Shown: one piece after another, positions 1 through 9,412 of the stretch
Layout: every line of letters starts with the position of its first letter
Numbering within the stretch: position 1 is the first letter of the stretch
Assembly (NCBI GenBank): GCA_040876835.1
Contig: JBBDOX010000017.1
Span: forward strand, 1 to 51,903
DNA: 51,903 nt
Direction: 5' to 3'
DNA from: Candidatus Anderseniibacteriota bacterium
GTDB lineage: Bacteria; Patescibacteriota; Andersenbacteria; UBA10190
The notes under the pieces: model-generated
What the model saw: only the letters and a program-made list of their open reading frames with translations
Database searches by the model: none
Told to the model about the DNA's origin: nothing
Made by a program: the position numbers and the translations under genes

Positions 1-87
1 TCTCAAGACATAGCAAATCCGTTCACCTACACAGTATCGCACTCCCGTGCTGGTGGACAGTACGTGTCTGCCGGGTACTATAATTCC

Positions 88-1881
88 ATGAATCACACTG
101 ACACAATTCAAGCTGCAGTAGCAGAGAACAAGCTTTCTAAAGCTGCGGTCGCTAATATCACCCAATGGCTAAAGGAAGAAAAATACCGCGAATATCATAC
201 GGAGCTTCAAGCTCTCATTGAACGCCAGGACTGGAAAACACTGGAGGACAGTTTCTTTCAGGTGATTCCATTTGGCACCGGTGGACGCCGTGGTACCGTC
301 GGCGTCGGATCCAACCGAATTAACAAGATTACCATTGGAGAATCCGCCCAGGGATTATGTGATTACGCGGCAACTCAGGGAGAGGCAGTAAAGCAGCAGG
401 GAATCGTCATCGCGTATGACACACGCACGACGTCCGAAGAGTTCGCGCAATACACTGCCAGGATCTGCGCGGCGAATGGATTCAAGACGTACCTGTTTGA
501 CGGATTTCGCACCACCCCACAGTTGTCCTTTGCAGTGCGTCATCTGGGAACTGCGGCCGGAATTGTCATCAGTGCCAGTCATAATCCTCCATCCGACAAT
601 GGTTTCAAAGCCTACTGGAGCGATGGCGGCCAGGTAGTCCCACCTCACGACAAGGGGATTATGGATCACGTCGCCACCGTGCAAAGCATCAACATTACTG
701 ACTTTGATCAGGCTGTAGACAGCGGCAATATTATCGTCGTCGGCAAAGACGTTGATGATGCGTATATATCCGCCATCGTCAAGCAATCTGTCACTCCTGG
801 CCGTTCTGTACATATCGTGTATTCCCCCCTCCACGGCACGGGGATTCGCTCCGTGATACCTACGCTGGAGCATGCAGGATTCACTCAAGTATCAGTCGTG
901 AAATCCCAGACCACCCCCGACGGAACATTTCCGACCGTTGAAGGGCAGGTCCCTAACCCCGAGGTTCAGGCAGCAAACAACCTGGCGGTCGCTCAAGCAA
1001 AAAATGAAGGAGCCGATTTGGCTATAACGACAGACCCGGACGCTGATCGACTAGGAGTTATTGTTCGAGATACAAAAGGTGAATACCAGTTTCTGACAGG
1101 CAACAAGATAGCCACTCTTATTTGTCACCACGTACTGCACAACTTACACGAGCAGAATAAACTCAAGTCCAACCAGTTTGTGGTGAAAACAATTGTGACC
1201 ACTGATGCTATTGACGCTCTGGCAAAGCAGTACGGCGTCACGTCATACAACAACATCCTGATCGGATTTAAATATGTCGCCGAACTCATTGCCCTCAAAC
1301 AGGACCAGGGGAAAGAAGAATTTCTCTTCGGCGGAGAGGAAAGTCACGGCATTCTGCAGGGATCGTACACGCGCGATAAAGATGCAGCGGTAGCTGCTTT
1401 ATTAATTGCTGAACTGGCCTCGAACTTAAAAGACCAGGGGGAAACTCTCGTAGATCAACTGTATGATATCTACCGTCAGCACGGGCTATATTTCGAGGAC
1501 CTGGCCAGCAAGTACTATCATGGGGCCAGCGGATTTGAGCAGATGAATGCCATTATGGAGAGCTTACGCAATAATCCCCCGCAGGAGCTGGCCGGACAAA
1601 GAGTAGTGCGCATGATCGACCGTAAGACCGGACAGGAGATAGATCCAGCCACAAAGAAAAACATCGGCCATAACGACGGAACACCCGGCAATGTCCTTAT
1701 CTTCTGGCTATCCGAAGACGGTCGTAGTCGCGTAACTATTCGTCCCTCGGGCACTGAACCGAAAATAAAGGCGTATGTTCAGCTGCATATTCCCGTAGCT
1801 GCTGCTACGAATGAGGAGCTCGTCCAACAAGAAAAAGAAGCTGCAGCCCGTGCTCAGGAACTAGCAGCTCTTCTTCTGTAA
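88..1881 (+). CDS. Phospho-sugar mutase (phosphoglucomutase/phosphomannomutase family)
   Basis: FGTGGRRG, catalytic ISASHNP, metal loop DPDADR, GGEESHG and IRPSGTEPKIK motifs. ATG at 88 preferred over GTG at 64. Confidence 0.93.
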   Translation: MNHTDTIQAAVAENKLSKAAVANITQWLKEEKYREYHTELQALIERQDWKTLEDSFFQVIPFGTGGRRGTVGVGSNRINKITIGESAQGLCDYAATQGEAVKQQGIVIAYDTRTTSEEFAQYTARICAANGFKTYLFDGFRTTPQLSFAVRHLGTAAGIVISASHNPPSDNGFKAYWSDGGQVVPPHDKGIMDHVATVQSINITDFDQAVDSGNIIVVGKDVDDAYISAIVKQSVTPGRSVHIVYSPLHGTGIRSVIPTLEHAGFTQVSVVKSQTTPDGTFPTVEGQVPNPEVQAANNLAVAQAKNEGADLAITTDPDADRLGVIVRDTKGEYQFLTGNKIATLICHHVLHNLHEQNKLKSNQFVVKTIVTTDAIDALAKQYGVTSYNNILIGFKYVAELIALKQDQGKEEFLFGGEESHGILQGSYTRDKDAAVAALLIAELASNLKDQGETLVDQLYDIYRQHGLYFEDLASKYYHGASGFEQMNAIMESLRNNPPQELAGQRVVRMIDRKTGQEIDPATKKNIGHNDGTPGNVLIFWLSEDGRSRVTIRPSGTEPKIKAYVQLHIPVAAATNEELVQQEKEAAARAQELAALLL

Positions 1882-1890
1882 CTACCTCTT

Positions 1891-2643
1891 CTATCTTAGC
1901 TGGTAGGTAATATTTACAATTACAACTGTATCTTCTGTTCCTGGGGAGATGGGTAGTGACTCCGCTCCACCCCGGGCATCAGCAGCAAAGGGAAGGTACG
2001 GCGGAACCTTGCCCTGCGTTGAACTGGAAAATGTCTTAACCGCCCCTATTTGCACCCCTAGCTCTTTAGCCAAACGTTCCGCACGCTGCTTAGCATCTTT
2101 GATAGCTTCGGCTTCCGCCTGAGCGATAAGATCTGCATCATCTTCAAAAGTAAACTGAATGTTGCCAACCTGATTGGCTCCAGCTTCAGTAGCGCGAGAG
2201 ACAATGGCCCCAGCTCTATCAGTGTTTCGCACTGTCACTTCTATCTGCTCGGAAGCGGTATATCCCCGCAGTCGCTGACTACCATCTGTAAAATCATATG
2301 CCGGCTGAGTGGAGATGCCTGTCGTCTGTATATCTTCCTGCGCTATACCCAGCTGAGCCAGCGCGGCCATAACCGCCTCGAGCTGGTCGGCCAACTGTTG
2401 CGTGGCAGCTTCAGCTGTTGTTTGAGGCTCTATATTTACACCAAGTGTTACTTTGGCAATAGTGGGAGCAGCAGTTATCTTGCCTGTTCCCTGCACATCT
2501 ATCTGCCGGTTAGCATCAATAACCTGCTGCTGACGCAGGGGTTCGGTCGCCACAAACTGGCCACCAATATATAACAAACCTCCAATCAGAGCGGCAAAGA
2601 TTACCGGATGATGAAGGGGGTAAGAAGAAGTTTTTGTAGACAT
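1891..2643 (-). CDS. SIMPL (DUF541/BP26-like) domain protein
   Basis: N-terminal TM; IDVQGTGKITAAP, GYTASEQIEVTVR, GANQVGNIQF, AIKDAKQRAERLA, ISPG...VNITY. Confidence 0.88.
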   Translation of the reverse strand: MSTKTSSYPLHHPVIFAALIGGLLYIGGQFVATEPLRQQQVIDANRQIDVQGTGKITAAPTIAKVTLGVNIEPQTTAEAATQQLADQLEAVMAALAQLGIAQEDIQTTGISTQPAYDFTDGSQRLRGYTASEQIEVTVRNTDRAGAIVSRATEAGANQVGNIQFTFEDDADLIAQAEAEAIKDAKQRAERLAKELGVQIGAVKTFSSSTQGKVPPYLPFAADARGGAESLPISPGTEDTVVIVNITYQLR

Positions 2644-2706
2644 GCTCTAATAGTAACATGACGGTTTTCCCCACACCAAAAAAGGTGGCACTCGTCACGT
2701 ACCTGC

Positions 2707-3150
2707 CTACTCTTCGTCTCTCGCAACGTCTGCCCGCAGTCGGTCAAGAACACTATCAAGTGCAGTCAGCGCATCCGCGCTTTCCTCTCGTAGCTGTGCT
2801 TCCAGCTGTTCTAGCTCAGGCTCTATCTCCTGCCACTGCTGTCGAGCTTCCACGGAAGCATTTGCATAGGCAACTTCGAGATCAGATCGAACCTCTAGGG
2901 CTTCTTCCCGCACTTCTTCATACCCTTCTCCTGCGGCAACCCTGGCCCGCAGGGCCGCCAGTTGAGTCTCGGCCCGTATCCGTGCCGCATTCAGTTCGAT
3001 ATCTTCACTTGTTTCCTGTGCCTGCTCTTCCACTACCACTGGTACATCTCTTCCAGAACGATTGAAAGCCACCACTCCAAAGATTAAGGCAACAACGGCC
3101 ACTAAAAGAGCCAGCCACGCGATCGTAGAATTTGTTTGTACGTCTGCCAT
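2707..3150 (-). CDS. Membrane-anchored acidic coiled-coil hypothetical protein
   Basis: N-terminal TM then E/A/L-rich helical region; GGAGG RBS upstream; third gene of a tight minus-strand run. Confidence 0.7.
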   Translation of the reverse strand: MADVQTNSTIAWLALLVAVVALIFGVVAFNRSGRDVPVVVEEQAQETSEDIELNAARIRAETQLAALRARVAAGEGYEEVREEALEVRSDLEVAYANASVEARQQWQEIEPELEQLEAQLREESADALTALDSVLDRLRADVARDEE

Positions 3151-3156
3151 ACGAAA

Positions 3157-3465
3157 TCACCTCCCTAGCTTAGCCTTCATGCGACGCACGCCTTCCCACA
3201 ACAGCAACAGCGCCAGAGCAAAGGCAAGCAGGGCTGCGAGAACGGCCGGACGGATAAAGGTATCCAGGTCGGCCAGACCGAAAAAGATTGCCGCCAGCAC
3301 CCCGGCAAATCCCAGAAAACCGATTAAGCCTGCCAGCAAAAGCAATACAATTCCCAAAACAACATTCTTAATCCGGTACTCCTGCGTTTTACCTTTCAGC
3401 AAAAATTCAGAGATACCCAGATAAATACCAGCCTTCATTAAGGTTTTCAGTAACGCGCTGGTCAT
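3157..3465 (-). CDS. Small 2-TM protein, YqjE/phage-holin-like family
   Basis: Two hydrophobic helices; lies directly downstream of a DUF883-like gene, as in yqjD-yqjE clusters. Confidence 0.6.
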   Translation of the reverse strand: MTSALLKTLMKAGIYLGISEFLLKGKTQEYRIKNVVLGIVLLLLAGLIGFLGFAGVLAAIFFGLADLDTFIRPAVLAALLAFALALLLLWEGVRRMKAKLGR

Positions 3466-3474
3466 AGCAAGGCG

Positions 3475-3771
3475 TTAGCGTCGGTGACGGAAGATTATTG
3501 AACCAATTACTGCCCCTATAGCTGCTGAAATAGCGGCAGTTTTCCAGACATGCTCATGCGCTAAATCATCTATCTCAAAAACCTTCTCTTCTACTGTGTC
3601 TTTAGTTCGATCGTACATGTGTCGTGCCTGGGCTTTTACATGTTCAAGTTTTTCTTTTCCTACTTCTCCTAGCTCCTCACCCTCCTCCCGCATAACACGA
3701 GAGATACTTTCGGCTAAATGACGCGCGTCGCGCTCCAGCTGCGCATATCTTGTGCGTTCTGAATCAAACAT
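3475..3771 (-). CDS. DUF883/ElaB/YqjD-like tail-anchored protein
   Basis: Coiled-coil N-terminus, HEHVWKTAAISAAIGAVIGSII C-terminal TM and basic end; AGGAGG RBS. Confidence 0.78.
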   Translation of the reverse strand: MFDSERTRYAQLERDARHLAESISRVMREEGEELGEVGKEKLEHVKAQARHMYDRTKDTVEEKVFEIDDLAHEHVWKTAAISAAIGAVIGSIIFRHRR

Positions 3772-4382
3772 AGTGTTTTGCCTCCTTATGCTTACGGTTT
3801 AAATATACTGCAGTAGTCCTACCGTACAGAGGTAAAATTTTGGCGCAAGGTCCATCCTGTCAAAAGCCCTGACAACAAAGCTGTGGAATGACATTGAATG
3901 CAAAATAGGAGACGGCAGGGTAAATAGTACGGGGGATAAAAAGAAAGAAGCCCGACGTTCGCTTCGTGCGTCTGTCGGGTCGTGGTTTGCTGTCACATCA
4001 TCCTGATGTGAGGTTTTGTTGGTGCTGGGGTTTTAGCACCCGCCGCTGTTGCGGCATCCCCCAGAGTTCAGACGGTACATGTGTACCTCTTTCGTCTTGC
4101 CCCGCTTCACCTGTGGCATTAAGTTCAGAACCAAGAGGACAAGCCTCTTGCTGCGCTCTTCATCCTGGGGAAGGATAAAACCGCAGGAGAGACGCAGAAA
4201 GCGTCCGAAGTCCTAGACCTAATACATAAGAACAGGTGCCGACTCTGTTCCGCAGTTGCTTGAACCACATACATCTCTCACTCACAGGAACTCTTGATGT
4301 CCCGCTGAGACGTCTTTCGTGACGAGAGATGCACAGGAATAACTACGGAAGCCGGTACTGTTATTATAGTATAAGAAAATCA

Positions 4383-5152
4383 CTATTCAAGGTTATTCCA
4401 CGCCATCTCAAACAGCTCGGCCATCATTTTTGCCGCCGCTTCGCTTTCTACAAGCATTCCCCCGACCTTATCAGAGTAGGTGGAAATAACGATCCGATCA
4501 GACATGATCGTCATGTTTGCATCACTAGTGTATTGCTTCTGGGGCGATACAAACTTACGTTCTGCCCACCTCTTCTCAGCCGTTGCCTCCAGTTCTTTAC
4601 GTAATTCCGGGGAACGCACAGCCACTATGGCTCGAGATTCAATCCTCTTAGCCCGCCGCTGCTTTTTGTAAGTTGCCTGGTCCATATTTCCGAAGGCAGC
4701 CTTCATGGCATCAGCCGCTGCCATCTGATACCAGATATCCCCAGGCTTGCTGAGCATTATCATTTCGTTGCGCATCGTTTGAATCCCGTCTAAGCCGGCA
4801 TAATACCGCACAACCGGCCGCTCATCACTTGACTTCATATATGCCTGCAGCTTGGGGAGAAGCTCATTCAGTTCTTTACGGTTGTTATCCAGGTCTTTCT
4901 CTCGTTTATCAAGAAGGCGAACAAGCTGATTTGGCGATTCAGCAACAAACACCGTCTTATCCCCTTCTGTATATTTACTGATAAGTCCCATTCCCATGAG
5001 GGAATCAAGGACAAGATAGGTGGTTGCTCGAGCTACTTTGGCCTTACGAGCTATGGGCTGAACAGGACTAGCCCCTAGTCCTATTGCTGCCAGGTATACC
5101 GCCGCCTCTTTATCTGAAAGCCCGAGTTTTTTAAATCCTTTTCGAACGCCAT
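4383..5152 (-). pseudogene. TrmB-family transcriptional regulator with a 1-nt frameshift in an A6 tract near the start
   Basis: ATG at 5152 reads MAFEKDLK. The TrmB-type HTH (LGLSDKEAAVYLAAIGLGASPVQPIARKAKVARATTYLVLDSL) is in the -1 frame and continuous with ORF 4383-4997. One more A at 5127-5132 would give a 256-aa protein. Confidence 0.8.
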
Positions 5153-5323
5153 GTAAAGCATATAAGTAGGATTATTACCTTAACGACACCCAAATCGTGG
5201 CATACTTCCCCTCCGTCAGCAAGACAGACGTCTCGTAAAAGACGGCTTGACAAACACCCTGTATATGTATGATAAAAACACCATCTCCCCTGTCCTCTTC
5301 GCAAACTCACAGTGAGGTCCTGC

Positions 5324-5962
5324 ATGTCCACCCCACCTATCCTAATACTGGCAGAGGGCGAATTGCTACAACGAGTCATCGTCCGATTTCTGGTCGGTGA
5401 GCAATTTGCCCGCAACCAGCTGCTCGTTGCCTCAACTTCTGCGGAGGCAACACGGATGCTCGCGGCCAGGACGTTCTCCTTAGTACTCATCAGTGCCTGC
5501 TCCATTGACCAGCACTCATGGGTCAAGAAGATTCGCTCCGTCTCCCGTAGCACCCCCATCTTCGCCCTTCATCTTACCAAGTCGCTGGGAGTGCAGGAAC
5601 AGATGGTTGCGGCGGGGGCTCAGGGTGTTTTCAGCTGGCGATGCAGCTGGGAAGAAATCCTGGAGGGAGTGCACGAGGTTCTGGCAGAAAGGGTCTGTCT
5701 GCCAGAGCAACTCCTTCACTACAGCAATGACCAGAAAAGGAATTCTGTCTCCGCAGACCCCATTACCAGGCTCTCTCCTCGAGAACAGGAGGTCTTCGGA
5801 CTGATTGGAAAGGGGATCATCAGCAAACAGATCGCCGGACAGCTCCACATCTCCCCCAAGAGCGTGGAAACCTACCGGGCTATGATCAAAAAAAAGTTGA
5901 ACCTTTCTTCGGGAGCGCAGCTGATCACAGCGGCGGTATCCCACGCCCTCGAAAACACCTAG
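5324..5962 (+). CDS. LuxR/NarL-type HTH regulator with a degenerate receiver domain
   Basis: C-terminal LSPREQEVFGLIGKG..SKQIAGQLHISPKSVETYRAMIKKKL. The N-terminal REC-like region lacks the acidic pocket. Confidence 0.85.
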   Translation: MSTPPILILAEGELLQRVIVRFLVGEQFARNQLLVASTSAEATRMLAARTFSLVLISACSIDQHSWVKKIRSVSRSTPIFALHLTKSLGVQEQMVAAGAQGVFSWRCSWEEILEGVHEVLAERVCLPEQLLHYSNDQKRNSVSADPITRLSPREQEVFGLIGKGIISKQIAGQLHISPKSVETYRAMIKKKLNLSSGAQLITAAVSHALENT

Positions 5963-5985
5963 CCCAACGTCTCGTGGGCTTTTTT
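5961..5985 (+). terminator. Intrinsic terminator between convergent genes
   Basis: AGCCCA...TGGGCT stem followed by a T run. Confidence 0.6.
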
Positions 5986-5990
5986 CTTAC

Positions 5991-6341
5991 CTACATCGCT
6001 GCCTTTGGCACCAGGATATGAAGGGTATCGTGTAATTTCTCTACTATCGCCCGATGTCCATCAACAGGATGATTCAGTTTAATAGTGCGGATAAAAGACT
6101 GGTGGTGATTACCTTGGGACTCCTTGCGCGTGTGTCCAAGAACCAATATGTGGCGTCGCTTCACCCACACATATAACCGCCCAGGATCTACTCCCTGCGT
6201 ATCTATTTCCAGCGATAAGCTGGCATCGTCTTCCTGAAGATTAACTTTTTTGTTTTCTTCGGTGTGTATCGTTCTACGACGACAGCGTGAAGACGTCGTC
6301 ATAAATAAAGGGCGCGTTGCTTGAATAGTTGTTTCTTTCAT
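5991..6341 (-). CDS. Hsp20/alpha-crystallin-like small protein (divergent)
   Basis: LEIDTQGVDPGRLYVWV...SFIRTIKLNHPVD...LHILVPK fits the alpha-crystallin domain pattern. Confidence 0.62.
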   Translation of the reverse strand: MKETTIQATRPLFMTTSSRCRRRTIHTEENKKVNLQEDDASLSLEIDTQGVDPGRLYVWVKRRHILVLGHTRKESQGNHHQSFIRTIKLNHPVDGHRAIVEKLHDTLHILVPKAAM

Positions 6342-6567
6342 GTCCCAACCCTGCCAGAACTATTTTCTACTGCAAGCAGGACGTGTCATCGAATGTAAAC
6401 AACTGAGATGCAAAGCAGGAGAACAGTTATGTGGCAGGAGGGATAGCTTTTCTGGTGTACGTAGCGGATATCCTAAAAAACATAAGTTCTTCAGCATTCA
6501 CTTTGAGCTGTCAGCGCCCCTGACATGAGCAGGTTGAAAAAATACTCCCACGCTACACACTATGTGT

Positions 6568-7434
6568 ATGGCTAGGAAAAAACCGAAGCCCCCCTTTCCG
6601 GCTCAGCACCAGAAAAAACCGGGGGCCAAATATAAGTTGTTACCGCGTCCGCGGTATAAGGCGCGTGAGTACGTAGGATCAGGCAAGCTAGAGGATAAGA
6701 TAACTCTCATTACCGGAGGCGATTCCGAAATTGGACGAGCTGTCGCCACCTTCTTTGCTCGTGAAGGATCACACATCGCCATCACACATATGCCGCCAGA
6801 GAAAAAAGGGGCTGAAGCAACGCAAGCTGCGGTTAAAAAGGAGCGGAAGAAAATTTCCTTAATTGAAGGCGACATTACTGACCCCGGATTTTGTGAATAT
6901 GCTATTGAGCGTGTCATCGATGATTACGGCCGGCTAGATATTGTTATCAACAGCGCAGTCTATCAGCACCATCAAGATAACATTGAAAATCTGACCTTGG
7001 AACAATGGGGCCACACCTTTAAAATGAATATTGATAGCTATTTCTACATCATTAAATATGCCTTGCCGTATCTTAAGGAAGGCAGCACCATTATTAACAC
7101 TGGATCTGTCGCGGGCATTCACGGCAACGCGAAGCTACTTGATTACTCTGCCGCGAAGGGCGCAATCCATGCTTTCACCAAGTCTCTAGCGCAACACCTG
7201 CTGTATAAAGGAATTAGGGTAAACTGTGTTGCTCTAGGTCCTATACGAACTTCTTCTTACCCTACGAAGCGTAAAGCAAAAGATACCACTCGCCTCAAAG
7301 AGCTTTCCCTGATGGGCCGCCCAGCTGAGCCGGAAGAAATTGCTCCCGCCTTTGTTTTTTTTGCGTCCAATACTGACTCCGGATATATCACCGGCGAAAT
7401 CCTGACTCTTCCGGGGAATAGGAATAGTAATTAA
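6568..7434 (+). CDS. SDR oxidoreductase (YghA/YdaD general-stress type)
   Basis: PPFPAQHQ leader, YVGSGKL, TGGDSEIG, catalytic YSAAK, GRPAEPEEIAP. Confidence 0.9.
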   Translation: MARKKPKPPFPAQHQKKPGAKYKLLPRPRYKAREYVGSGKLEDKITLITGGDSEIGRAVATFFAREGSHIAITHMPPEKKGAEATQAAVKKERKKISLIEGDITDPGFCEYAIERVIDDYGRLDIVINSAVYQHHQDNIENLTLEQWGHTFKMNIDSYFYIIKYALPYLKEGSTIINTGSVAGIHGNAKLLDYSAAKGAIHAFTKSLAQHLLYKGIRVNCVALGPIRTSSYPTKRKAKDTTRLKELSLMGRPAEPEEIAPAFVFFASNTDSGYITGEILTLPGNRNSN

Positions 7435-7702
7435 AAAGCACTGCTCGCACTACAGTGCCTGGTACATCCTCCAGGGTATCAACTGTTTCTTGGTGAAAAG
7501 TCTTCCAGACCGTCTCTCCGGTTACCGAATCTGATGCTACTGTACACACCACAGCATCATGAGGAGCCGCGCCAAGCGCCCACATGTATGAGTGAGGGCA
7601 GCTGCGCATAACAGAACGTGGCAAGGATATTGAGCGACTTGGAATCATATATTCTTGATATTCTCCCTGCCCACAACGGATAGTTGCGGGCGGGAAAATC
7701 AT
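7388..7702 (-). CDS. Hypothetical protein (doubtful)
   Basis: ORF only; overlaps the SDR 3' end and has no recognisable motif. Confidence 0.2.
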   Translation of the reverse strand: MIFPPATIRCGQGEYQEYMIPSRSISLPRSVMRSCPHSYMWALGAAPHDAVVCTVASDSVTGETVWKTFHQETVDTLEDVPGTVVRAVLFNYYSYSPEESGFRR

Positions 7703-8077
7703 AAATGTCTTACACGATACATCCCTTTAGGATGGCTTCTTTCGTCGGCGTCCCCCACCATGAGAGGCTTTGCCGCCTTTCGCAGCAATCTTTCGCTGCT
7801 TTTCCGGATCCATTGACGCAAACCCTCGATCACTTGTAGCCATATGTGTTCACCTCCTTTTACATTGACGGGTCCTTCTACCCTGCCGACATATCCCGAC
7901 AAGCTCAACGGCCGTTTGTCAGACGTGACGGCATAGGCACTTCAAGTTTGAAAATACCAAAAAGATATACCCCTTTACACGCCTGTAACTTGTGCCACCG
8001 TCACTCATCTATAAATGTGTCAGAGTATCAGAACACGAACACCTTGAGAGGATGCTGCAAAACTGCATAATTAAGAC

Positions 8078-8569
8078 ATGCAACAATTAGCGCCCCACAT
8101 GTCAAAAAAAGATCAGATCACTTCTCTTTTTCAGCTGGGCATTAGCGGAATTGAAGAATTATCGACATTAACCAAATCCTCCCCCAGCTATGTCTCCAAT
8201 GTGCTGCGGGATTCTCGTCTGCTCTCGGGATACTTCGACCTATACACTTCAACTGAGCGGCCCATGAATGTATATTCCAAGTACTTTACTAAAAGACTTG
8301 GATTCAAAAATCCGACCACGGCCAGGCAAAGCGTTGAATACCTTAATGCACTATATAACCAGTTCGCCAGAATTGAAGATCGGGCCGGCCAGCACCACGC
8401 CCTAATACTGGCATTAACCATGCGCAACCGGGCTTTGTGGAGCAATAAAGCAGAGGAAGCCCACATCTACGGACAGTGGCTGGTAAAACAGCTGTCCACC
8501 TTCGACACACCTTCTCCCACCGCACGGATGCATAAACTCATAAAACAAAAACAGCGATCGCGTTCATAA
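8078..8569 (+). CDS. Hypothetical protein with HTH-like N-terminus
   Basis: Natural composition; KKDQI...IEELSTLTKSSPSYVSNVL HTH-like segment, then GYFDLYTS..PMNVYSK and DRAGQHHAL blocks; followed by a hairpin. Confidence 0.72.
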   Translation: MQQLAPHMSKKDQITSLFQLGISGIEELSTLTKSSPSYVSNVLRDSRLLSGYFDLYTSTERPMNVYSKYFTKRLGFKNPTTARQSVEYLNALYNQFARIEDRAGQHHALILALTMRNRALWSNKAEEAHIYGQWLVKQLSTFDTPSPTARMHKLIKQKQRSRS

Positions 8570-8609
8570 AAAAGCCCCGCGGAGCACACGAGTGTATGCT
8601 GCACGGGGG
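8568..8609. terminator. Hairpin terminator between convergent genes
   Basis: CCCCG..AGCA...TGCT..CGGGG stem with an A run on the left, which is a U tract for the minus strand. Confidence 0.5.
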
Positions 8610-8625
8610 TTGACCCTGGGGAGGG

Positions 8626-8967
8626 TCAGACAACAACCAGGAGTTGCTCCTGGCAGAGATTCCGAAGCTCGGTGCGCAACTCTTCGGGAGTGCTCACCAA
8701 AGTCACGTCGAAATTGAGCTGCTGAAGCTGCCACGGACAGTCATGTTTGGGAACCATGAAAGCCCGCTTGACTTCGAAGGGGTCAGGGCGGCCGAAGGCA
8801 TCGAGATGTCCGGCAGCCTCGGCCTCCCATCGCAGCTCCCGTTCACGCTCGGCAGCGGTGTGGCCACTGAGGAATGGGAGGTAAATCCATCCCAGCTCCT
8901 GCAACGCCTCGATCTCGACTCGCATCTGATGAGGATGGAGACGTCCGTCAATCAACAGCGCCTTCAT
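8626..8967 (-). CDS. Small hypothetical protein (receiver-like N-terminus)
   Basis: GGAGGAG RBS upstream of ATG; MKALLIDG...ALQELGW. Confidence 0.62.
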   Translation of the reverse strand: MKALLIDGRLHPHQMRVEIEALQELGWIYLPFLSGHTAAERERELRWEAEAAGHLDAFGRPDPFEVKRAFMVPKHDCPWQLQQLNFDVTLVSTPEELRTELRNLCQEQLLVVV

Positions 8968-9000
8968 TGTTCTCTCCTCCGTGTGAGATCAGATCCGAAA

Positions 9001-9306
9001 CTACGCGGACTCCTCAGTAGCGAGGGCGGGCAGCAAACATTCTGTTGCCACCATCATGGCCCGCTCGTCGAACGCGTGCCTGATCGTGCACCCGAGGTCC
9101 CTGAAGGCCTGGGCGCGAGGATGACAACTGCGAAGGACAGCAACTTTATGGGTTGCCGCCTGGACGCACTTGATCATCCGCCCCTCTGCCTTCTCGTCGA
9201 GGCTGGGAATGAGAAACACCTCCCAGCCACTCTCCTGCAGTAGTTGGATCCGGCTTTGCGCATCGCCGGATTCAGCAACTGTCGCATCCACGATGACCAT
9301 CTTCAT
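9001..9306 (-). CDS. Small hypothetical protein (receiver-like N-terminus)
   Basis: AAGGAG RBS upstream of ATG; MKMVIVDA...LLQESGWEV. Confidence 0.62.
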   Translation of the reverse strand: MKMVIVDATVAESGDAQSRIQLLQESGWEVFLIPSLDEKAEGRMIKCVQAATHKVAVLRSCHPRAQAFRDLGCTIRHAFDERAMMVATECLLPALATEESA

Positions 9307-9412
9307 CTGCTTTGCTCCTTGCGAAAGATCCTACCGTCACCATCGTGCCCATACGCTATCATACTTCATCATACTTTTTCCAGTCCATTTTCCACAGGCT
9401 AAATTCCTGCCT

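Noticed and set aside
3799-4300. Short ORFs between the DUF883-like gene and the TrmB-like gene
   Set aside because: All frames give short, motif-less peptides with no convincing RBS; possibly decayed sequence.
8644-9243. 199-aa plus-strand ORF and similar long antisense ORFs (2658-3065, 11915-12511, 12487-12999, 43072-43800)
   Set aside because: Shadows of better-supported opposite-strand genes, with unnatural composition.
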